Shown: positions 24,057 through 36,501 of the stretch, piece by piece | Layout of the letters: each line of letters starts with the position of its first letter | Position numbering within the stretch: the stretch's first letter is position 1 | Origin: Nemertoderma westbladi | Taxonomy: Eukaryota; Animalia; Xenacoelomorpha | Reading direction: 5' to 3' | Length of the DNA stretch: 64,000 bases | Assembly (NCBI GenBank): GCA_032718475.1 | Contig: JAUCBJ010006460.1 | Location: forward strand, 1 to 64,000 | Notes under the pieces: generated by a model | The model's database searches: none | The model's input: the letters and a program-made list of their open reading frames with translations, nothing else | Told to the model about the DNA's origin: nothing | Position numbers and translations under genes: made by a program

Positions 24057-25501
24057 TTTGGCGTATCTCATTTTACTAGGTTTTAGTAATTTTCTGACCA
24101 AAACAATACCGTGCGCTAGTTACGAAAATAAGCTAGTCGCGTTTTGTAGAACTTTATACTTACAAATGACGTCAAAGCTCTCTCCTTCCTATCCACAACT
24201 CAACCGGGCAACCACGGTGTTAGTAACTACACCCGTGATCGGCACAAATACCAGATTCTGGTTGTAAGATAAGAAATAGGGGTTAATTGCTACTTTACGT
24301 TAGCTGATCTGGTATACAAATTTGATTCTAGAACTTTGTTGCCGCGGTGGTTAGCAGCAATACCTATCAGTACGTGGCAAGGCGCGGTAGGATATTAATA
24401 AACCTCCCTAGGCCAAGCGAAGTGCCGGTAGCAGAAATACTCCTTGCCTGATCAAATAACTAAGGTTCAGACAGGGGGGGGGGGGGGGGGGGGGTACTAA
24501 TGTATGTTCTACAAACCAAACCGGTACCGAACTGTCAATATTACGAATCACTAAATTATGGAACATATGCTGTCTGTACCTAATATGTACTCGCGTACTG
24601 ACGAACGGCAATAGTTCGCACCTGTAAGAGATACAGGTTAACCCAGGGATTTGTAATACGGAGGTTTTGTCTGAATCTAACTATTTGATCCTAAATTTTG
24701 CGGTGTCCCAGGACGGCGTCACGCTTACCCTGATCTATAGGTCTTGCGTCGGGCAAGGGCGTCAAACAAAGTCTTACCTTCCTCGGAAATCGGGCGCTGC
24801 ATGGCAAGGTGGAGTATTTCGAAGGGCGAAGGGGGTGCGCGGTCTAATCTAATGTGGACATCTTCCCTGCGTTGCTGACGGCCTAACGGTCTAGGCGGCC
24901 ATCTTCCCAATGCTTAGCTGTCCCAATGGTGGACGTTTGGAAATATACATGTTCAGAAGTTTACAGTATATTTACAGTTTTACAAGGATTTATCAAACAG
25001 ATTACTAGATTTATAACAAAAGAAACCAATACTAAGTTAACAAGAGTTAACATTAGTGAGCAAGTCCAAGACTGATAACTAGAATGATAACCGAAGGCAA
25101 ACCAGCCCTTATATACTAAACCTGGGACATAGAATCCGCTAGAACCTTCCAGAGCATTCCATGGCCTCACATTGGAGCAATAAGATGTTCCATGCCCTAT
25201 GATTGGCCCAACTCATCGTTCCATATGTTGTACGCACCTCATTGGTTTATCAAATTATATCAAATGAAAATAAATTGCCCAAAAATGCAAATTTCCCGAC
25301 TGGAATTCGAACTCGTAACCTATCTGTAATGTAACCAAAGCCTTAACCATCTGACCACTGCGCCATTAGATTACCTACGGGTTTTATGTGTACCAATATG
25401 AATAGGCATATTACATTACTGTAATTTAATCAAAATGCGTCGGATTTTAGAAAGTTTTTACGTTAACTACAAATGCTATTTTATAGTGAAATAATCCATC
25501 A
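24057..25501 (-). repeat. Family B 3' LTR, proximal part (U3/R side)
   Basis: Matches 33437-34936. Begins TGATGG on the minus strand after GGAGCGG (25502-25508). Confidence 0.9.
25295..25364 (-). ncRNA. tRNA-like Pol III cassette in U3 of the family B 3' LTR
   Basis: GTGGTCAGATGG (A box), GAGTTCGAATTC (B box), T5 run about 10 nt downstream; anticodon arm degenerate. Confidence 0.5.
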
Positions 25502-25975
25502 CCGCTCCATGAAAACAGTAAGTAAGACTGTTTTCACCAATCGAAATATAAATGGTAGGGCCTAAAATATAAAAATAATCACTACCTAATTATTGCATAC
25601 TTAATATTGCAGGTACGGCGTAAATACAATCCATCATACATACAAAATACAAATTTACCAATTAACTTTAGTGCATAAAATACAAAAAAAAGCTTTCGGT
25701 TATCAAGATAAGCAAATCAGAACAAATCAAAACAAATAATTTCAAACTTTCAACAATCTTCATATATTGCAAATATACATAATAAATTCACCAAATTAAA
25801 TCAGTCCAAATATAAAACAAACATTATGAGCGAATAACTTTCAAATAAGTCTTAAAGTGTCCTCCTGACGATCTAAAAGTTCGTCATGCTGGTCTGGATA
25901 TCTTCTCCTGAGCACTAATTGCTAACGGTAGGCTCGCAAGCCTTCCTTCTCTATCTCGCTCCTCCAAAACCAACC

Positions 25976-26153
25976 TCCAAATATAAATACCCAAACATAA
26001 TATCCAAATATAATATCCAAATATAAATACCCAAATATAATATCCAAATATAATATCCAAATATAAATACCCAAATATAATATCCAAATATAAATACCCA
26101 AATATAATATCCAAATATAAATACCCAAATATAATATCCAAATACAAATATCC
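25976..26153. repeat. 13/14-bp minisatellite (CCAAATATAAATAC / CCAAATATAATAT) in the family B 3' UTR
   Basis: About 13 tandem units bracketed by a duplicated ~35-bp hairpin-containing block. Confidence 0.9.
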
Positions 26154-26195
26154 AATCGGTAGGCTCGCAAGCCTTCCTTCCTTCATCTCGCTCTC

Positions 26196-28858
26196 CTATT
26201 CCTTAGCCGAACGGGCTCGTCCACGCCCTCTAATACGATTGGGTGGTGGTCCGGATCGAACTGGACTCGGACTTCGGTGTCGAGCTGTCGGTGGTTCCAA
26301 ATCGCTAGGAAAGGGGACGACGGGAGTTTCACACATCCGTCGTGCGCTCAGTCCTCTAAATCCTCGTCCGATTCCAATCGTTTGCTTAACATTGGATCGA
26401 GTCTCCACAATGCTAGGAGGAAGTCGAAAGGGTGGGACTGTTCCGTCCTCTGACACCTCGCTCTCTGACGTTGTCTGAATTGTAATGGGTTCCGGCAAAG
26501 CATATCCTGTCCGTCCGCATGGTTCTCTAGCGAGGGAAACCGTGCCCCGAGTCATCCGGATTTGCGACTTCGATGTCATCCTCTCGGCGACATTTACTAC
26601 CTTCTTTATCTCTTGTCCGGCCTTCTGGGCTCTAAGTATACGAAGTTGCGGATCTTCCTGTGGGTGTTGAGTCTTTTCGGTTAATGGTGTGGCCTTGAAG
26701 CCAGTCTCACGCAGAACGTCCGCCTCATCTAGAATACACGAGGTTACGCGTTTGTGATAAAATGCGCTCCGGTATGCCCAAGCTATCGAATGCCAGGCTC
26801 CTCGATTCTGCTGTTCGACTCGCAATTTGTCGAATTCCCCGGTGGTAATCTTGTTCACAACAGTTTGAAAGTTCCATGTGTTCTTATTGTCGGGGTGTAC
26901 CTGTAGAAAGTAGTCCCGAACAACCTTAAATCCGCTATCCAAAGGCAATATATCCAGCACCTCCAAGAGTTCATCGTATTGAGGCATAGCTGACACGTAT
27001 GTCGACATTATGAGAGGGATTACGGCCCAAAATCCCAAGTGTGCTCTCATAGGGAAACGACGTCGCTGTGTCGATACAAGCTCGTCTGCTAGATTCTCCC
27101 AATGGTCGAATAGCTGTCGAATGATTTTAACTGACATATGCTCATAGGGGATGTCCCTAAGTTGACACTCTGATGCCCTATGACCTTTAATGTTACAATA
27201 CGTGCACTGCACCACGAAACACCAGCAAGTGTAGAAAGTGTGCGAACATTGATCCCCACACCAGTTACATACTAAGTCCAGTAGAGATATATGTTTCGCT
27301 CTGCATTTCTTTGCATGGTGGCCAGTTGCCCCGCATCTGCCACAAATAGTGTTGGCAGGGTACCAAACTCGCTCATAGATGAGATCTCCGATGGGGCGAG
27401 CGCTACCGTCCACGTGATAATTTTCATCATCCGGGTCAGTCGGTATGTTCGTCTCCGTAGGTTGTACACAAACCATGGCATCGTTTTTCTCCAACTTGCG
27501 TATCTCAGTTCGCGTCTTCCTCGGAAGGTTCTCCTCTATCTCTATGAGTTGCCGCAACGGTTCGTCTATTATCGCAAACTCGGTCGGATCCACATCGTCA
27601 TGATGGGCGGTAGGCTCGCGAGCCTTCCAGGATCCTTCCGGGCCTTTGAATTCCGCATGGCGTTCCCCGTCGTAGGGTACTAACGTCAACATCGACGGTC
27701 TGTCGACTAGGCTTCCCACGTGAGTGAGATAGACGTCCCTGAAAACGCTAAGTCCCGCTCGCATGAAAACTTCGCATTGCGCATCGGTGTTATAAAATGG
27801 TTGGAGAAATCGGCGGAATACATCAATATGCGTCCTTCCTCCGTCGTAAAAGGTATGTCCTTCACCGAGACATAACGGATGTCACTTTAGAGTCCTAGAC
27901 ACTACATCGGCGATGAAGCAAACGTTTACCGAAGATTCTATCGCCAAATAGTATTGCAAGATTATTCGTGGAGGTGAGGTAATCGCCCAGTACACGCAAC
28001 CTCGCCACTTTAACTGTGACTCAAACTCGTTTACGCCGGGGGTATCTCCCTCACCGTATACGTCCGTGTATTTGCTCCTCTTGCTCTCCTTATAATCCCA
28101 ACTAAACATTAGGTATGAGATATAACCCATTCCAGTTTTTAGCGTGTTATACTCCCTGAAATATCCTTGCTCAATAGCCCAAAGCAACAATGGTCTAGTA
28201 TCCACGTATGGCGTAGGCAATCGATCCTCCTCCGTGGGCATTCCTGCGAAATCGCTAATAAGGTCATCCCGTACACCGGATCCGATCTTGACGATACTTT
28301 TATCAAGTACAACGTCTCGTACGGCCTTTGGAAACATTCTAGCTTCTATGCTACAAGCCAGGTCCATGGATTTAACTATCCGTTTTATCATCGTGTGCCT
28401 TTGCGTCGTTCCTTCCGGCATAGGCATCTTATTGTCGCTCCTCTGTCGGCTGAAGACATGTAACACGCCATCTGGTGCTCGAATCTGTATGGTCTTTGAA
28501 GTGAGGCTTTGCTGATGGCTTCCTCCTTCATTATCGTAAAACATATAACCATTCCCCTTCAGAGATCGGCTAGTTGCGTCCCAATCGTCGAGTAAATTGT
28601 CGGTAGGTTTCCAAATTCTCCCTATTGACTTTTCATCGTCGAAACTAATAGGTTTTCCGGTCCAATTGGTCGCAATATCGGTGTCAGTCTCAAACGTGCC
28701 GACTCCGATCCATAATCGTATCGTTTTCGTCAGATATCCTCGCAAGATGCAAGGTGCGATATCCGTCCCCGCGATCCACTGCCTTAAAGTCCGTAATATG
28801 TGGAGGCACGTTGCATACGATTTTCTGTACTATCGTTCTACGCAACTCGGCTGACTCT
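26196..28858 (-). pseudogene. Family B accessory exonuclease plus CCHC knuckle ORF (N-terminus lost; frameshift near 28750, in-frame TGA at 27882)
   Basis: FYDNEGGSH, FPKAVRDVVLDKSIVKIGSGVRDD, YVDTR, KTGMG, LQYYLAIE, ARPIGDLIYERVW and three CCHC-type knuckles. Alignable with family A throughout. Confidence 0.82.
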
Positions 28859-30875
28859 TGTTAGCTTATTCAATTCTGCTAACCACCCCATAAAGTGAGG
28901 TTTAAGCAATATTGGGGAACACGAGGTCAACTATCAATCAACCTCGTGTCACCCCAACAAAGTGGGAAGGAGAAACCCCAGAGAACACACACACAATAGG
29001 GGTCAGGGGTTACACCCCTGAGAGAGAGGGAATAGCAGGGGTAAAGGGAAACACTCCAAGGGAGGTAGAAAGGTGACAAATGAGTTATTAGCCAATGGGG
29101 GGAAGGCATCGACTGAGTAGTGTAATGCGGCCAACCGGTGCAATATATTACCGTTTCACGGTAGCATTCATTCACTTGTAGTAATTCAGCTAGTTAGGAC
29201 AGTAGCGGAACTCTAATTACCATCTCCGTCTGCTGTCAGCAATATATCATTATTTACCGGTACATTACATCAAACATCAACTATTCGTGCTATTATCTTT
29301 TATCATATTATATCCTGAACCTATATACACCGATCAATCAATAACTCAGAACTCTTTCATACACACACGGCGGGTACGCGTAAATTAGAAACCGGATAAA
29401 CCGGGATCCTCAGTGGATCCCGTCACAGTAATTAGAGCAACTGCTGCCTAACAAACTAAGTACAGCCCAAACTGACTGCTAAAGATGAGTCGAGAAGGGG
29501 AAACGACACCGCCGCTGACCCCGGACGGCGATCTAACGATCCGCGAGGCCGCGACGCAACGGTACCGTCCCGCGACGCCGAATCAACCGATAACGGGCGA
29601 TCCGGCAATCCAGGATGAGGGGAGCCGTCTACAACTAGAGAACGAGTCGGGAGGAGAGAGAGACGAGTCGACACACGGCGGTGGTTGACGTGCCGAAGTC
29701 GCCGGCCAGCCACAGGCCGAGGGCGACGGACGGCCCACCGGAACGGCGATGGTGGGGCCGCCAGTACGACGCCGGACACGGAGAGATAGAGGAGATGTCG
29801 GCGATGAGGACGTCGGGGTCAGCGATCGACTTCGACGGGCCTACAACGCGACCCGGAAGTTACTCAAAGAGACTAAAGGAGGGGCCAAGATAGACCAGGT
29901 CAAGTTGAAAAGACAACTAGGTGAGTCGAATGAACATTTTAACTACCTGATGCGTTTTGGGCAGAGAGAGCTAGCCGAGGAGAGAGCGAGAGGGGTTGCC
30001 AGCGAACTGTTTGAACTATGGGAGTGTAGGGGTATGCAGCCTAGTGTAGTGTACATAGGGCCATACTTAGTCGATGCCCGGGGAGTAAAATTAGTGGGTT
30101 TGAGGAGACCGCAGGAGGGCGAATCCGAGGATTAACCCCGAGGATTCGGTCTCGTCGGTCGGAGGGAGTTCCGGGAGGCGGGGGAGAGTCAGTAGGACGG
30201 GAAGGCGGAGGGAATCCGTCGCAACCGATAAGTCTGCTACATCCTCCGCAAAAGAAAAACGGGTGATGGCGATAAATCTGGCGTGCCAACTCGATCTTGC
30301 GGTGCTAGGTCAGAGAGAATTCGAGAGACAGTTAGAGGAAGAGAGTGCGCTATTAGAGAAGGAGAAAGCACTAGTTAGAGAAAATAGAGAGAAAGCCGAG
30401 AAGGTTGTGAAAAGCTTTAGGGAGTGCGAGGAAATAGAGACGAAGGAACAAGAGGAGCATGAGACGAGAGAGCAGAATGAACGTAAGGAGCGTGAGACGA
30501 GAGAGCAGAGTGAACATAAGGAGTGTGAGGCGAGAGAGCAGAATGAACGTAAGGAGCGTGTGGCGAGAGAGCAGAGTGAACGTAAGGAGCGTGAGGCGAG
30601 GGAGCAGAGTGAACGTAAGGAGCGTGTGGCGAGAGAAACAGAATTAGTGGAACAGAATTTGCGAGAGGATACAGAGAGAGAGAGAGCGGGAAAGCGTGTG
30701 CGGGATGATATACATGCCCGCATAAGCGGACTCATTCAGTATCAAACCAAACAGAAGCGCAGGCTGGAACTGGCGCAGATGGGGTTGTCAGAGAGTGACA
30801 CTGGCTCGAGTATTTTCGAGGAGCCAAGGGTTGTGGAAACATTTATTAATACCCCACTTACAGGAACTGCACGAC
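28859..30875 (+). mobile_element. Short-LTR retroelement fragment (5' LTR 28859-29427 plus frameshifted coiled-coil Gag-like N-terminus from 29485)
   Basis: TG...TCACA LTR related to 52902-53534 and 61649-62289. The protein aligns with 53590-54515 (TIREAAT.RYRP, ERARGVA.ELFELW, VY.GPYLVDARG) and has an 11-aa REQSERKEREA repeat. Right boundary approximate. Confidence 0.7.
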
Positions 30876-31602
30876 AGACCCGAGACTTCCGTCGTCCCTC
30901 GAGGTTTGACTTCCGGTTCTTCAATCGGTACGCCGCATATCTACGAAGAAAATTGGTGAGCGTCTCCAACCTCCTGTCTAGGCAATAGAGTTCTTCTTCC
31001 TCTTCGGGTTGCAACAACGCGTCCGAAACTGACTCACCTAGCAGTTGGTCGAACTGCTCCTGTTGAGCCAATCTTATTACTGACTTAAACTGGATGAGGC
31101 TTTCCCTCGTACTTACCAACTTATCTATTATCTTTACCTGAGTAAAGTTGTCGCCACGCAACTCTGCAAGTTCGTGTAAACCTTTAAGTTTATCTACGGA
31201 AGCATGTACCCTACTTTCTATCCTTACCTGTAAGGTGTAGAACTCGTATCTCGACATCGGGGCGGTTAACTCACGTAAAACGCGAAAACCTTCTCCGAGG
31301 TTTCGAGTAATCTGGGCCATGTGTCCTCCTATACTCCTAATAACATTTTCTTGGCTTCCCGCCAAGCTTACCATGTCTGGTTCCCGTGACCTGGTCTGCG
31401 GGACTGTAAGGAAATCTTCGTTTCTGCCGTCGCCACGCGTTGCGGCTTCCGGTATTTCCATTCGGTGTACCGGTGACGCACGCAGTGTGACATCGGTGGA
31501 ATCTCGGGTTCTCCTTCTCAGTTCGTCTACTGTCGATCTGTCCGGGTCGCACGAGTCATAGTCGGTAGGTGGGTATCGAGTCGAATGTGGTGTGTCACTC
31601 AT
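30876..31602 (-). pseudogene. Probable Gag N-terminus of family B (truncated)
   Basis: First ORF after the 5' LTR and leader. Disordered start, then a helical region with GGHMAQITR, resembling BEL/Pao Gag N-termini. Confidence 0.55.
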
Positions 31603-32695
31603 GTCTTATTATATACATCAAGTACGGGTAATAAAATGTCAAAGTATCGGATTGTTGAAATGTCAAACTTACCTTGGTATATATATATATCATATATATA
31701 CCCTAACCGGTACAAATAATTAACAAAGTCAGAATGTCGAAATGTCAAAATGTCGAAATGTCAAACTTACCTTGATATATATATATATCATATATATACC
31801 CTAACCGGTAGAAATAAAATTAACAAAGTATATAATAAAATATGTAATAATCTAGCCTACCGGCTAAATTTGTATGAATAAGTGAGATAACGGTATACGT
31901 TACCAAAATGTAGATCAACAAGTACAAATAATAGGCAAAACAGCAACGTCTAACGGGAAAATAAGTACCAACAACACTACTAATTAGACAGTGAAACCCA
32001 CAAATTTTGAGTACTACTGTGCTCTTAAGTTTGAACGACACGAGTCGTAAAACTTACGCTCCTTTGATCTTCCAGTCGTGCAAATTCCCAAATACAAACG
32101 GGTCGTTCCGTTTTTCGGCGTCGCGGACAAATTTTGTGTCTCCCAAACTTTGCGAAAAGCGGTCTAATCCCTCGAAGCGGTCCAGAAATGAGTCCTTGAG
32201 TCCTGAAAAGTCGAAGGTGAGAGTTTTACTTCTACTCTACGAAATATCTTCCTAGGTATCGATACAACTTGGTCTTTAAACCCTATGTACCTTTTCAAGT
32301 ACCGAAAATAACACCGCACACACATGGCATGGCGTAAAACTAATTGCTATAAACTAACTATTAGCTAGTCAAATATTAAATACGAAACTACTAGCTACCC
32401 TAAAAGCCTACTGAAGCAACGTACAAATTGTTGCCTTACAGAAAGGACAAATACTATTCCTATTAAATAATTAATAAGAATATCTCTTACTGAAAGTGCG
32501 CACGCACTTTCAGAGCGTACAGATCTAAACAATACTATACACTAATTTGTATAGTATCTCTCACTGAAAGAGATATCTCTAACTTCTAAAATAGCAAACA
32601 GTATAACTACGTTAAGATATTTAATAAAATATATCTCACTGAAGGTGAGATAGAAAATATCTCTTACTGAAAGTGAGATAGAAAATATCTCTTAC

Positions 32696-34936
32696 TGAAA
32701 GATCCCCCATGGTAAGAACTATCCCACGGCCTACAAATCTGCTAATATGAAGCTATAGAATATCCCTTACTGTGGAGTCAAGTAGTATACTGCTTACCAG
32801 ATCCTAGTAATGATGTATCTTACCGTAAGATCTAGTAATGTAACGGGCTCGTACAGTATCTAACAACAAATCCCAGTCCAGGGTATCTAATCAAACAGAT
32901 ACAATACACAAACGACTACTGGCGAGGAGCAGAGCCTAGTGTCTATTCTACGTACGTGAGCGGGTCTAATGCCTACGAACTAGACAAAAGGAAACCTGTC
33001 CTCTAACCAGTGAGGCAGATGTACAGTTACAGTAACAGACCAAACTCACGGGAAAACAATCCCCACACAGCTAATCCTAACTATCGCTGACAGTCCTAAA
33101 TACCGTAACTTGCCGCGGTATGATTTATATGGTTTATATACGAGCTAGTGGGTTAACAGACCTAGTGTAACAATACTGATCCCGTATTAAATCAGTCTAA
33201 AGGGGGGTCGTGCCTAATGTAACAATACCGCTGCTCAGACAAACAACAGTTTAATAACAAAATAAATAATCCTTCTTGCCGTAACTAAATATCAGATCGT
33301 AAATTTACAAACTACAAATAGTAAATTACAGATAAATTCTGCCTAAAAGTAATCTAAAGTGCACTATAACTAGTAGAACTCTAAGGGTAAATATGTTTTA
33401 GGGCGTGTGTGTGTGGGTGTGTTACAATAAAACAATTTTGGCGTATCTCATTTTACTAGGTTTTAGTAATTTTCTGACCAAAACAATACCGTGCGCTAGC
33501 TACGAAAATAAGCTAGTCGCGTTTTGTAGAACTTTATACTTACAAATGACGTCAAAGCTCTCTCCTTCCTATCCACAACTCAACCGGGCAATTGCGGTGT
33601 TAGTAACTACACCCGTGATCGGCACAAATACCAGATTCTGGTTGTAAGATAAGAAATAGGGGTTAATTGCTACCGTACGTTAGCTGATCTGGTATACAAA
33701 TTTTATTCTAGAACTTTGTTGTCGTGGTGGTTAGCAGCAATACCTATCAGTACGTGGCAAGGCGCGGTAGGATATTAATAAACCTCCCTAGGCCAAGTGA
33801 AGTGCCGGTAGCAGAAATACTCCTTGCCTGATCAAATAACTAAGGTTCAGACAGGGGGGGGGGGGGGGGGGGGTACTAATGTATGTTCTACAAAGCAAAC
33901 CGGTACCGAACTGTCAGTATTACGAATCACTAAATTATGGAACATATGCTGTCTGTACCTAATATGTACTCGCGTACTGACGAACGGCAATAGTTCGCAC
34001 CTGTAAGAGATACAGGTTAACCCAGGGATTTGTAATATGGAGGTTTTGTCTGAATCTAACTATTTGATCCTAAATTTTGCGGCGTCCCAGGATGGCGTCA
34101 CGCTTACCCTGATCTATAGGTCTTACGTCGGGCAAGGGCGTCAAACAAAGTCTTACCTTCCTCGGAAATCGGGCGCTGCATGGCAAGGTGGAGTATTTCG
34201 AAGGGCGAAGGGGGTGCGCGGTCTAATCTAATGTGGGCGCTGGCGCGTTGTGGACATCTTCCCTGCGTTGCTGACGGCCTAACGGTCTAGGCGGCCATCT
34301 TCCCAATGCTTAGCTGTCCCAATGGTGGACATTTGGAAATATACATGTTCAAAAGTTTACAGTATATTTACAGTTTTACAAAGATTTATCAAACAGATTA
34401 CTAGATTTATAACAAAAGAAACAAATACTAAGTTAACAAGAGTTAACATTAGTGAGCAAGTCCAAGAGTGATAACTAGAATGATAAATTAGTGAGCAAGT
34501 CCAAGAGTGATAACTAGAATGATAACCGAAGGCAAACCAGCCCTTATATACTAAATCTGGGACATAGAATCTGCTAGAACCTTCCAGAGCATTCCATGGC
34601 CTCACATTGGAGCAATAAGATGTTCCATGCCCTATGATTGGCCCAACTCATCGTTCCATATGTTGTACGCACCTCATTGGTTTATCAAATTATATCAAAT
34701 GAAAATAAATTGCCCAAAAATGCAAATTTCCCGACTGGGATTCGAACTCGTAACCTATCTGAAATGTAACCAACGCCTTAACCATCTGACCACTGCGCCA
34801 TTAGAATACCTACGGGTTTTATGTGTACCAATATGAATAGGCATATTACATTACTGTAATTTAATCAAAATGCGTCGGATTTTAGAAAGTTTTTACATTA
34901 ACTACAAATGCTATTTTATAGTGAAATAATCCATCA
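32696..34936 (-). repeat. Family B 5' LTR (2241 bp)
   Basis: Uninterrupted copy. CCAAT boxes and TATATAA near 34545 on the minus strand; internal 29-bp duplication around 34450-34525. Confidence 0.9.
34730..34799 (-). ncRNA. tRNA-like Pol III cassette in U3 of the family B 5' LTR
   Basis: GGCGCAGTGGTCAGATGGTTAAGGCG...GAGTTCGAATCCC followed by TTTTT. Confidence 0.5.
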
Positions 34937-36501
34937 GTTGGATATAATCTTTAATGTAACTTGAACTCTGATTGAAATCTGATTGAGAATAATTTGGGCT
35001 TCCCCACACCAATATACCAAATATTCACAATAATACACAAATATACATTCCTACAGTAAATTATTTAATTACCCACTGTTCGCTTACAGATTTTGACCTA
35101 ACTAATGTTACACATTTTCCCTCGGTCCTAGTCCCGGTACCGTAGTGTCAGTGTCGGTCGATCCTTCGCATGTCCGTCCTACCCTTCCCAATCCCTGACG
35201 GGATCAGTCATCAGGAAAGCAGTACGGCTTAGCTAGGGGTCTGTCGGTTCATCGCAGGGTCCCAACCACCTAAGCTTTCCGAATCCTTTTCAGGCTCGTA
35301 ATCGCATCGGTAGCCGAGAACCTGCTCCGAATAGTCGGTAGGCCAGTAGAGTCCTGTCCTCTGTCTTTCGACCCTGTCGCATGTCCGTCCCACCCTTCCC
35401 GAACCCCGAAGGGATCAGTCATCAGGAAAGCGGTACGGCTTAGCTAGGGATCTGTCGGCCCATTGTGAGTCCCAACTGTCGGAGCTTTCTGAGTCCCTTT
35501 CAGGCTCGGACTAATGCCAGTCGTGGAACCCACGCCAGGAATTCAGTCCTCGTCGAACCCTTCCTCTTCATCCGGTCAGTCGATCCTTCGCAAGTCCCCA
35601 ATGTGATGGAGTCCCTTTCAGGCTCAGTCGTAGCCAACGCACCGGAAACCACTTAGGATCTGTCAGTTCCCATCGCAAATCCCTGGCACAACCAGCTAAG
35701 CTTTCCGAATCCTTTTCAGCCTCGTAATCACCGCTGGTGGCCAGGAACCGCTAAGGGCAGTCCTTGTCCCCAGGCCTAGCGGGTTACCAACTACCAAAGT
35801 AGAAGAAGGTTGTCTAGGCCTAAATAACTATCAGGCAACCCTGACAGCTTAGAGTATTGCTTGATTTTGCCTCCCACCCCTGACCCTTAAATATCTGATA
35901 TTATTCCCATGCCCCGTAAGTCGCCCCAAGATTCACCCATAACTCGCCCCCGGTCTATCAAATATGCCCAAATTTTATGTTCCCGCACCCAGTACTGATA
36001 TTGGCACATTCATAAAAGATAAATCCAAAAAATATGTACCTCGCGTTATGATAAAGTGAAATACCGCGAACAGTCCCCCCCCCCCCCCCCCCCCCCCCAA
36101 TGACCTTCGTGAGGTCTATCGGTAGATCGAGTTTGCGTAGGTTATTTCCCCATATAAAAAACCAATTTTTTACTATTGCATAGTTTTGATTTTACGTACG
36201 TATAAAAATAAATGTTCGAATAAGTGTCTATAAAATGTCCTGGTCTTCTATCTCCTGCTCTGATATGCTTTCCTTTTCTACGCCCATCGACTTTCAATGA
36301 TCGCCAGTGTGGGAAGACGAGTATTGTTGTCCAACGTGAGCATCGCCGCAGCCTGCCTCCTGGCGGCCATTCCTCGGGGAGTATTCGAGATAAGATCTTT
36401 TCTCCTCTCCAGCTCCGTGGATCGGGCCGCCTGGAACCACTCTCCATCTCCAAACCCTTCCGTATACGAATAGAGACGTCTAATTGGCGCTAAGCAATAA
36501 A

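Larger units (their letters stand above)
388..34936 (-). mobile_element. Long-LTR retrotransposon 'family B' (BEL/Pao-like), internally deleted and heavily nested
   Basis: Two near-identical ~2.2 kb direct repeats (32696-34936; 388-1129 joined to 24057-25501) with TGA...TCA termini. 5-bp TSD GTTGG at 383-387 and 34937-34941. Internal Gag-like and exonuclease/zinc-knuckle ORFs on the minus strand. Confidence 0.9.

Noticed and set aside
27882-27884. Readthrough or selenocysteine TGA
   Set aside because: It aligns with Arg in LKRHPL of family A, so it is most simply a CGA-to-TGA mutation.
25502-32695. Family B as a natural exonuclease-only non-autonomous element
   Set aside because: The first ORF looks like a truncated Gag, and the break coincides with a foreign LTR fragment with no TSD; deletion of gag-pol is more parsimonious.
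35180-35430. Canonical hammerhead ribozyme
   Set aside because: GAAG replaces GAAA and I could not build stem III with an NUH site; kept only as a low-ranked structured-RNA finding.
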